DNA of 6,033 nucleotides from a virus (Duplodnaviria; Heunggongvirae; Uroviricota; Caudoviricetes): IMG/VR virus record IMGVR_UViG_2563366955_000008, positions 1 to 6,033 of that record; one strand, 5' to 3'. Shown piece by piece: positions 1 to 5,275 of this stretch (position 1 is its first letter; each line of letters starts with the position of its first letter). The notes under the pieces were generated by a model. It saw only the letters and a program-made list of their open reading frames with translations, ran no database searches and was not told where the DNA came from. The position numbers and the translations under genes were made by a program.

Positions 1-75
1 CGCGGATTCAGGTGCTGGTACTGAATTCACCGGGAGGCACCCGGCACCATGCAATGGCACATAGCGCCACTCTCC

Positions 76-111
76 AGCCCCTCTCCGGAGGGGCTGTTTA
101 TATTGATTTTG
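76..111 (+). terminator. Putative Rho-independent terminator; possibly tR' of the late operon or the terminator of a gene upstream of the window
   Basis: Perfect 8-bp GC-rich stem AGCCCCTC (76-83) / GAGGGGCT (88-95) with loop TCCG, followed by T-rich GTTTATATTGATTTTG. On the minus strand the hairpin is followed by GGAGAG, not a U-tract, so it is oriented for plus-strand transcripts. Confidence 0.4.
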
Positions 112-130
112 TCAGATGTGAGTAAACTCC

Positions 131-466
131 TTATGGACTTTGTTGTTTTAGCCCATAAGGACATATTTGCAGAGTGCAACGGTTATTAAAGCATTCATTC
201 AATACGTTATCTGTATTTGTAGGGCATTCCTGGCTGTTTTTGATTAAATTCCAGAATGTTTTATTGAATGGTACTACGTTGTAAATGGTTACAGGTAGCA
301 CTTTGTTATTGAGCATGATACCTGTGTGAGTCAGTGTAAATATACTTTCAGGAGGTAAGAAAGCATCCGATTGATACCAGATTATTAATTTTATTTTACT
401 CCATATGACTGAAAAAGATATTCCGCATGATGGCTGGATAACTGTATCAATCACAATCCACTTCAT
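131..466 (-). CDS. Hypothetical protein, 111 aa, no recognisable family; candidate moron gene in an AT-rich island, opposite to late transcription
   Basis: Intact ORF with start ATG at 466-464 preceded by SD AAGGAAA at about 5-nt spacing (minus-strand context aacAAGGAAActaaATG). AT-rich, rare-codon-rich sequence typical of horizontally acquired cargo. No signal peptide or TM segment seen. Confidence 0.5.
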   Translation of the reverse strand: MKWIVIDTVIQPSCGISFSVIWSKIKLIIWYQSDAFLPPESIFTLTHTGIMLNNKVLPVTIYNVVPFNKTFWNLIKNSQECPTNTDNVLNECFNNRCTLQICPYGLKQQSP

Positions 467-504
467 TTAGTTTCCTTGTTTATGCCTTGCTGGTGATGTT
501 CTGA

Positions 505-535
505 AAAGTATAAATGATATTTTTGATTGTAAACC
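505..535 (-). promoter_or_regulatory. Candidate sigma70 promoter for the minus-strand ORF 131..466
   Basis: Minus-strand -35 TTTACA (plus 528-533) and -10 TATACT (plus 507-512) with a 15-bp spacer, about 40 nt upstream of the ATG. A possible divergent plus-strand promoter (TTGCTG 487-492, TATAAA 509-514) overlaps it. Hexamer matching only. Confidence 0.25.
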
Positions 536-726
536 ATAGAGCAGAATTATTTTTCTGATGTTGTTTATTGTTTATTTAAATGCAGGGTGGTTTATATCTC
601 GTCTTGTAGTTTATCCATGCATATCTGCTTGATGATGAGGTTTTTATTTAAGGTATGGTTTTGTGTTTTTTCTGTATTACATGTCAGGTATTTTAAAGAA
701 TCATTTTTCAGATGGTGGAAAGAACC

Positions 727-915
727 ATGGCATTTAAACACTATGATGTTGTCAGGGCGGCGTCGCCGTCAGATCTTGCGGAAAAGCTGACACATAAACT
801 GAAAGAGGGCTGGCAGCCGTTTGGTAGTCCGGTGGCCATAACCCCTTATACCCTGATGCAGGCGATTGCAGCAGAAGGTGATGTGGTGGTCAGTGGTGCA
901 ACTGAGCCGGAGTGA
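727..915 (+). CDS. Small conserved phage hypothetical protein (62 aa from ATG 727; 67 aa if ATG 712 is used); possibly a DUF-type protein seen upstream of holins in enterobacterial prophages
   Basis: ORF 712..915. ATG 727 is preferred because purine-rich GGTGGAAAG lies just upstream, whereas ATG 712 has no SD. Protein MAFKHYDVVRAASPSDLAEKLTHKLKEGWQPFGSPVAITPYTLMQAIAAEGDVVVSGATEPE looks like a small globular protein; the family assignment is unverified recollection. Confidence 0.5.
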   Translation: MAFKHYDVVRAASPSDLAEKLTHKLKEGWQPFGSPVAITPYTLMQAIAAEGDVVVSGATEPE

Positions 916-1158
916 TACTACGTCATCGTACTGGCCCGGCATTCCAGGCCATAAAAGACGGTCTGGCAGTGGGACTAAATGCACTGACGCTGACGGATAT
1001 TACCAAAAATGCAACGTATGGCGTTGAGATAGAAAGTCTGGTGCTGGAGATAAATGCACCGGCATCATCATAAAAAGTGAGCCAGTCAAATGGAAGGTAT
1101 CGTTAAACTCACCGGTAGTGTCAGTGGGTCGTCTGAGACGCCTGCATGAGTTATCAGA

Positions 1159-1190
1159 GCCATCAGTACTTAACTGGTGGCTTTTTTATT
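1159..1190 (+). terminator. Rho-independent terminator 33 nt upstream of the holin start
   Basis: Stem GCCATCAG (1159-1166) / CTGGTGGC (1174-1181), 8 bp with one G-U pair, loop TACTTAA, followed immediately by TTTTTTATT (1182-1190). Confidence 0.55.
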
Positions 1191-1222
1191 GTTGTCAGCT
1201 TCCGGATAACGGGAGACGGGGT

Positions 1223-1438
1223 ATGTACCAGATGGAAAAAATCACAACAGGTGTGTCATACACCACGTCAGCGGTGGGAACGGGCTACTGGTTCCTGCAG
1301 TTGCTGGACAGGGTTTCCCCGTCTCAGTGGGCGGCAATAGGCGTGCTGGGGAGTCTGCTGTTTGGGCTGCTGACATATCTGACTAACCTGTATTTCAAAA
1401 TCAAAGAGGACCGGCGTAAGGCGGCGCGGGGAGAGTAA
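1223..1438 (+). CDS. S: Class II holin (pinholin) of the phage 21 S21 / EssD family, 71 aa, with dual-start motif Met1/Met4
   Basis: Translation [71 protein letters not shown] closely matches the S21 pinholin as I recall it (two TMDs, conserved YWFLQ...[15 protein letters not shown]...[11 protein letters not shown]...RRKAARGE). SD GGGAGACGGGG precedes ATG 1223; a second in-frame ATG at 1232 gives a 68-aa product. The upstream extension to 1118 in the ORF track runs through the terminator and is rejected. Confidence 0.9.
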   Translation: MYQMEKITTGVSYTTSAVGTGYWFLQLLDRVSPSQWAAIGVLGSLLFGLLTYLTNLYFKIKEDRRKAARGE

Positions 1439-1442
1439 AGTG

Positions 1443-2333
1443 ATGAATAAAAAATATGAACTGGTTGTTAAGGGGATAAATAATTACGGGGATAAGGTTA
1501 CTGTTACTGTGAAGTCGGAAGGTGACGGGCAAGCGTCGCTGTTGTTGCCAGATGTGGCGATTAGTCTTGACCGTACTGAAGGTGCCACGCTGGAGTTTTA
1601 CGAAGCTGAGGCGAAAAAGCAGGCGAAGCAGTTTTTCATGGATGTTGCTGCCGGGTTATGTGAATGGAACGAACCGTTGCCGGAAAAGCGCCCCGTAATT
1701 TTAGAGGCGCAGGATGTGTTGATAACCTACAAAGGAAAGCTACCGGGAAGAATTACTTGTTCTCTGAAGATGCCGCCGTCAACACTGCGGTCAGAAAAAG
1801 ATGATGTTGAATCACGTATTGAAAAACTGGAGAGCTACGTCGTTGAGCTGAATAAGAAATGGTCGATATTGGTGCCTTCTGGCGATGAAAAGCAGTTTGC
1901 TGCGTTTGACGATTATTGTCGGAAAGTGATGAGCAGAAATCTCGCAGAGTGTTTCAGTATTCATAATGATAATTTCAGTGACCCGGAATGGGAGTGTAAC
2001 CGGCCATCCTTTGTTGTATCCGGTGATGCTGGGAAAATAACCATCTCAGAAAATGGGAAAGTAACACCTCCATCGCACCAGCACAGTGAGGAGCTCATTG
2101 AATTTGCCATTGATTACCTGAAGAACAATAAAAAGCAGGGGCTGATGAAGCGCGTTGGCCGTTGCATGGGATATCTTCAGGTAGCCGCTGAGATTGAAGC
2201 GCTGGCCAGTGGTGCTGATAAGGATGCAATTGTGCGGGAGGCTCTTCTTCGTGATTTTAATACTCCACCCTTTAAAAAAGTGCCGGCTTACTGGCTTCAT
2301 CCGGGGCTGACTTATCTTAAAGTGCGTATTTAG
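1443..2333 (+). CDS. Hypothetical protein, 296 aa, inserted between holin and endolysin; N-terminal ~75 aa resemble the YdfR-type (DUF1327-like) prophage protein, C-terminal ~220 aa unrecognised
   Basis: Intact 297-codon ORF. ATG 1443 lies 4 nt after the holin stop (TAA 1436-1438) with SD GGGGAGAG inside the holin 3' end, so it is translationally coupled; a GTG at 1440 is an alternative start. N-terminus MNKKYELVVKGINNYGDKVTVTV...DVAISLDRTEGATLEFYEAEAKK resembles my recollection of E. coli Qin YdfR, which occupies the same holin-endolysin position. No TM segments, signal peptide or catalytic motif recognised. Confidence 0.8.
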   Translation: MNKKYELVVKGINNYGDKVTVTVKSEGDGQASLLLPDVAISLDRTEGATLEFYEAEAKKQAKQFFMDVAAGLCEWNEPLPEKRPVILEAQDVLITYKGKLPGRITCSLKMPPSTLRSEKDDVESRIEKLESYVVELNKKWSILVPSGDEKQFAAFDDYCRKVMSRNLAECFSIHNDNFSDPEWECNRPSFVVSGDAGKITISENGKVTPPSHQHSEELIEFAIDYLKNNKKQGLMKRVGRCMGYLQVAAEIEALASGADKDAIVREALLRDFNTPPFKKVPAYWLHPGLTYLKVRI

Positions 2334-2369
2334 TGGGCCAGGGACAGCGGCTGAATATTTAATATATCC

Positions 2370-2903
2370 ATGAACACCAAAATCAAATACGGCCTGTCGG
2401 CTGCCGTTCTGGCGCTGATTGCCGCTGGTGCGCCTGCGCCTGACATTCTCGACCAGTTTCTGGATGAAAAGGAAGGCAACCACACCACGGCATACCGTGA
2501 TGGTGCAGGTATCTGGACCATCTGCCGTGGTGCCATCATGGTGGATGGCAAACCTGTCGTTCCGGGCATGAAGTTGTCGAAGGAAAAATGCGACCAGGTT
2601 AACGCCATTGAGCGTGATAAAGCGCTGGCGTGGGTGGAGAAAAACATCAGAGTGCCGCTGACCGAACCCCAGAAAGCGGGGATCGCGTCATTCTGTCCGT
2701 ACAACATTGGTCCCGGTAAGTGTTTCCCGTCGACGTTTTACAGACGAATTAATGCTGGTGATCGAAAAGGTGCCTGCGAAGCGATTCGCTGGTGGATTAA
2801 GGACGGTGGCAGAGACTGCCGTATTCGTTCAAACAACTGTTACGGTCAGGTATCCCGTCGTGACCAGGAGAGCGCGCTGGCGTGCTGGGGTATCGACAGA
2901 TAA
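2370..2903 (+). CDS. R: SAR endolysin (T4-lysozyme-like, glycoside hydrolase family 24; phage 21 R21 / P1 Lyz type), 177 aa
   Basis: N-terminal Gly/Ala-rich weakly hydrophobic segment KIKYGLSAAVLALIAAGAPA (signal-arrest-release domain) followed by the canonical catalytic triad spacing E-8aa-D-5aa-T (EGNHTTAYRDGAGIWT). The C-terminal region aligns by eye with R21/RrrD (TEPQKAGIASFCPYNIGPGKCFPSTFYRRINAGDRKGACEAIRWW...). Only ATG 2370 is available in frame (stop at 2352); its SD is weak. Confidence 0.92.
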   Translation: MNTKIKYGLSAAVLALIAAGAPAPDILDQFLDEKEGNHTTAYRDGAGIWTICRGAIMVDGKPVVPGMKLSKEKCDQVNAIERDKALAWVEKNIRVPLTEPQKAGIASFCPYNIGPGKCFPSTFYRRINAGDRKGACEAIRWWIKDGGRDCRIRSNNCYGQVSRRDQESALACWGIDR

Positions 2904-3059
2904 GCAGAATATTTTGCTGAAAAATGAGGAATGGCCACGCGGGCGGATAACACGAAATCCTGCGAACTGGCGAAACGTAAGTGAATAAAAGTAAAAACCC
3001 CGTTTGTTGGCACCAAGCGAGGTTTTGTGTTTCTGACCTTGAGTAAGGCAAGGGAGAAC

Positions 3060-3242
3060 ATGGCGAAGTGTAAACGAATTCTGTTGAGGTTGACTATGAA
3101 AAATGGCCTTGAACTGAAAGCGCCTGTAACTGATGACATCAGCAGAGCACTGGCTTTTGCCATTAAGTGGGTGGCGGTCGGTGTTGCTGTGTCCCCGATG
3201 CTGTATGGGCTGGCAAAACTGGTCATTGCGTTGAAATCGTGA
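3060..3242 (+). CDS. Small hypothetical protein, 60 aa, basic N-terminus and hydrophobic C-terminal segment (probable membrane protein); function unknown
   Basis: ATG 3060 preceded by AAGGCAAGGGAGAAC (SD AGGGAG). Protein [60 protein letters not shown]. Same strand as, and contiguous with, the lysis operon. No family recognised; could be non-coding. Confidence 0.4.
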   Translation: MAKCKRILLRLTMKNGLELKAPVTDDISRALAFAIKWVAVGVAVSPMLYGLAKLVIALKS

Positions 3243-3256
3243 AGGGAGGATTAAGC

Positions 3257-3388
3257 ATGTCAGACAAACTCATAACGCTGGCGAAGATCCTCTGTGTAAT
3301 TGTCGGCATTTCATTTTCACTAATGCTGGTTGCTCTTTTTCTTTCCATGGCCTGGATGATGTTGTCTTCGTCGGGGTTGCTGGGGTGA
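3257..3388 (+). CDS. Small hydrophobic membrane peptide, 43 aa; function unknown
   Basis: Strong SD GGGAGGA 6-7 nt upstream of ATG 3257. Protein [43 protein letters not shown] is almost entirely one transmembrane segment. Its stop TGA (3386-3388) overlaps the GTG (3385) of Rz in a GTGA arrangement, suggesting translational coupling. Confidence 0.45.
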   Translation: MSDKLITLAKILCVIVGISFSLMLVALFLSMAWMMLSSSGLLG

Positions 3389-3858
3389 ACATAAACCGAA
3401 TGCTTTCCGCGTTTATCGTTATTCTGCTGGTGGCCTGTGGTGCGCTGTGGATGGCAACAGACCATTACCGTGATAACGCGATTACCTACAAAGCGCAGCG
3501 CGATAACAAAGCCAGTGAACTGAAGCTGGCGAACGCAACCATTACTGATATGCAGGTGCGCCAGCGCGATGTTGCTGCGCTCGATGCAAAATACTCGAGG
3601 GAATTAGCCGATGCGAGAGCTGAAAATGAAACTCTTCGCGCTGACGTTGCCGCTGGTCGTAAGCGCCTGCGGATCAACGCCACCTGTCCAGGCTCCGTGC
3701 GTGAAGCCCCCACCACCTCCGGCGTGGATAATGCAACCGGCCCCCAACTGGCAGACACCGTTACACGGGATTATTTCACCCTCAGAGAGCGGCTGATGAC
3801 GATGCACAAGCAACTGGAAGGGGCACAGGACTATATCCGCACTCAGTGCCTGAAATAA
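3385..3858 (+). CDS. Rz: Rz i-spanin (inner-membrane spanin subunit), 157 aa from GTG 3385 (alternative start ATG 3400)
   Basis: Near-colinear with lambda Rz: N-terminal TM segment then [73 protein letters not shown]...[31 protein letters not shown] 3385 gives the N-terminus MNINRM with a positive charge before the TM, as in lambda MSRVTA. Confidence 0.92.
   Translation: MNINRMLSAFIVILLVACGALWMATDHYRDNAITYKAQRDNKASELKLANATITDMQVRQRDVAALDAKYSRELADARAENETLRADVAAGRKRLRINATCPGSVREAPTTSGVDNATGPQLADTVTRDYFTLRERLMTMHKQLEGAQDYIRTQCLK
3611..3796 (+). CDS. Rz1: Rz1 o-spanin (outer-membrane lipoprotein spanin subunit), 61 aa, fully embedded in the +1 frame of Rz
   Basis: Translation [61 protein letters not shown] matches lambda Rz1 (lipobox LVVSAC, Pro-rich mature region [14 protein letters not shown]). 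SD GAGGGA lies 8 nt upstream of ATG 3611. Confidence 0.9.
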   Translation: MRELKMKLFALTLPLVVSACGSTPPVQAPCVKPPPPPAWIMQPAPNWQTPLHGIISPSESG

Positions 3859-4168
3859 GTTTTGTTGATGCGCCGTATCGTCGCTATATTCCCTCATTAA
3901 CAGAGACCGCAGCCCGACAGGGAGACTCCTCTGCGCGAGTGTGCGGGGATAATTAAAAACGATGCACACCGGGTTTTTACCGCGTTAATGATTCGCGGGT
4001 TTATCCCGGTGCGATGGTGGAAGAAACAGGAAGCTGTATTACAGAAAGTGCTACTACTGTATCCCGATGCGATGTATGTAATGTGAGTCAGATAATGGCA
4101 CAGGATGTGGTGATGTGGCAGTCTGGAACACAGGATATATTGTCAGAATAAGACCCGTAGGAATAAAA

Positions 4169-4495
4169 ATGAAAAGACGCCTTTTACTACTTTTTCTGTT
4201 ATCTGTCCTGGCAGTGGGATGCTCGCAGCAAAAAGCTGATGAGCCCCGGCAATTAGTGACGGTGTATCCACGATATCCGGAATATGCTGCAGCAAATTAT
4301 ATCAAGGGGCTGGTTGAGGTTAAGTTCGATATTGGTGCTGATGGGACTGTGACACGGATCGTTTTTCTCCGCTCAGAGCCTCATAATTTGTTTCGTGATG
4401 AAGTGGTGAAGGCCATGGCGAAATGGCGATTTGAAAAGAATCGCCCCTGTCAGGGAGTGAAGAGACAATTTATCTTTACGCCGTCACGTCCTTGA
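4169..4495 (+). CDS. Outer-membrane-type lipoprotein consisting essentially of a TonB C-terminal domain (TonB_C-like), 108 aa; occupies the bor-like moron slot between Rz and cos
   Basis: SD AGGA 6 nt before ATG 4169. Signal peptide MKRRLLLLFLLSVLAVGC with lipobox and Ser at +2 (Lol-sorted in E. coli rules). Mature ~90 aa aligns by eye with the E. coli TonB C-terminal domain: YPRYPEYAAANYIKGLVEVKFDIGADGTVTRIVFLRSEPHNLFRDEVVKAMAKWRFE versus TonB [55 protein letters not shown]. Not similar to lambda Bor beyond the lipobox. Confidence 0.8.
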   Translation: MKRRLLLLFLLSVLAVGCSQQKADEPRQLVTVYPRYPEYAAANYIKGLVEVKFDIGADGTVTRIVFLRSEPHNLFRDEVVKAMAKWRFEKNRPCQGVKRQFIFTPSRP

Positions 4496-4617
4496 TGCTT
4501 CCAGGTAGAGAGGGGCTGGACGCAGGAGAAAAATGAAAGAGCCAGCGGTTATATTTTTGTCATGGCTGACGAGGAATGATGGAAGAAGGCGTTGTATGCC
4601 ACACAACGCCTCACTGT

Positions 4618-4797
4618 TCATTTCTTCTTTTTCTCTGGTGGAACCCGATGAATAAGAGTTGCACTGGTTTCCGATGAGATGGCGATATACTCGGGCAAAG
4701 TATGCTGGCAGTTTTCCAACTGGTCAAAAATACCTGCTCTCGTCTGTTGCAATGCCTGCAGCATGCGGCGGCAATGCGCCTTGCTTTTACTAACCAT
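4618..4797 (-). CDS. Small basic hypothetical protein, 59 aa; the frame stays open upstream to 4971 (117 aa), so the start is uncertain
   Basis: ATG at 4797-4795 preceded by strong SD AGAGGAAGGAAAG, 58 nt downstream of the stop of the 83-aa ORF (operon-like). Protein MVSKSKAHCRRMLQALQQTRAGIFDQLENCQHTLPEYIAISSETSATLIHRVPPEKKKK. The longer version from ATG 4971 has no SD and would overlap the upstream ORF by about 110 nt. Confidence 0.3.
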   Translation of the reverse strand: MVSKSKAHCRRMLQALQQTRAGIFDQLENCQHTLPEYIAISSETSATLIHRVPPEKKKK

Positions 4798-4858
4798 CTT
4801 TCCTTCCTCTATCAGTCGCTGCGTGAACTCATCATGTAATACCAGGTAAATGCGGATG

Positions 4859-5110
4859 TTATCGGTTTTGGCTACGCAGCATAGTACAAAACGGACAGGT
4901 GCATCCCGGGACGGGGGAGGCGTCACATGTCCCTGTGATGGTTGTTCCGGGTAATGCACTGTGTGGGGCATAAAAATGTCCGATAATTTTACTTTCTACC
5001 GCAGTTAGTTGATTCGTTGGTCCTGGTAGCACATTGGGCGAGGATTTAAATGCCAGGCAACTGAAGGATGATGTTGCAAGGGAGATAGCGAGAATATTTC
5101 TGATTTTCAT
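4859..5110 (-). CDS. Small secreted or lipid-anchored cysteine-rich protein, 83 aa; function unknown
   Basis: ATG at 5110-5108 with SD GAGG about 9 nt upstream on the minus strand. N-terminal signal peptide MKIRNILAISLATSSFSCLA (possible signal peptidase I site after CLA or lipobox Cys18); C-terminal Cys cluster CDASPVPGCTCPFC. Rare-codon rich. The ORF-track extension to 5179 lacks an RBS. Confidence 0.4.
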   Translation of the reverse strand: MKIRNILAISLATSSFSCLAFKSSPNVLPGPTNQLTAVESKIIGHFYAPHSALPGTTITGTCDASPVPGCTCPFCTMLRSQNR

Positions 5111-5224
5111 TTGATGATGCCTCTGTGTGAAATGACGGTAAACGACGCACTTGTGCCGGCACATAATAGCAAGCACCATAATAGATCAGATTCGATTCTT
5201 GCTGTAAGTGATAATTATTCTCGT

Positions 5225-5275
5225 TTTCGGGTCCTTTCCGTCGATCCAACAGGTTACGGGGCGGCGACCTCGCGG
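5225..5275. other. cos: cos site core (cosQ-proximal region plus cosN); 12-nt cohesive end GGGCGGCGACCT at 5259-5270 marks the ends of the mature virion DNA
   Basis: Sequence ...GGGTCCTTTCCGTCGATCCAACAGGTTACG / GGGCGGCGACCTCGCGGGTTTTCGCTATTTATGAAAATTTTCCGG is near-identical to the lambda right-end/left-end junction as I recall it. The distance from the cohesive end to the Nu1 start (188 nt) matches lambda (190 nt). Confidence 0.88.

Noticed and set aside
1-75. Possible tRNA or 3' end of a Q antiterminator gene at the window start
   Set aside because: No T-loop/acceptor-like sequence seen; the one open frame entering from the window edge is only about 40 codons and runs through the terminator hairpin. 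Too little sequence to call.
587-790. Plus-strand 67-aa ORF in the AT-rich spacer
   Set aside because: Lies in the low-complexity AT-rich intergenic/promoter region, has no convincing RBS, overlaps the start of the better-supported 712/727..915 ORF in another frame, and has a Phe/Cys-rich composition typical of random AT-rich translation.
769-984. Minus-strand 71-aa ORF antisense to the small plus-strand ORF
   Set aside because: Antisense overlap of a better-supported gene, with no RBS.
1118-1222. Upstream extension of the holin ORF (106-aa version) and the overlapping 1146..1340 alternative-frame ORF
   Set aside because: The extension runs through the terminator hairpin at 1159-1190 and lacks an RBS; the holin homology begins at Met 1223. 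The 1146..1340 ORF is an out-of-frame overlap of the holin gene.
2046-3969. Several minus-strand and alternative-frame ORFs (2046..2483, 2330..2707, 2707..2988, 2797..3051, 2846..3226, 3223..3465, 3486..3758, 3604..3969)
   Set aside because: All overlap, antisense or out of frame, the confidently recognised endolysin, Rz/Rz1 or the 296-aa gene; such shadow ORFs are expected in this GC-moderate coding sequence.
4086-4104. Possible Fur box (GATAATGG...) in the promoter region of the TonB-like lipoprotein gene
   Set aside because: Only about 10 of 19 positions match the consensus on manual alignment; not distinguishable from chance.
4618-4971. Longer 117-aa version of the minus-strand ORF, starting at ATG 4971
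   Set aside because: No SD upstream of ATG 4971, and it would overlap the signal-peptide ORF 4859..5110 by about 110 nt. The internal ATG 4797 with a strong SD is preferred, but this is not settled.
5208-5222. Fur-box-like sequence GTGATAATTATTCTC just upstream of cosQ/cosN
   Set aside because: Only a partial match to the 19-bp Fur consensus, and it lies in a segment that is conserved with the lambda cos-flanking sequence, so it is more simply explained as part of the packaging site. An iron-regulation link to the TonB-like gene is tempting but the motif is about 700 bp away on the other side of two ORFs.
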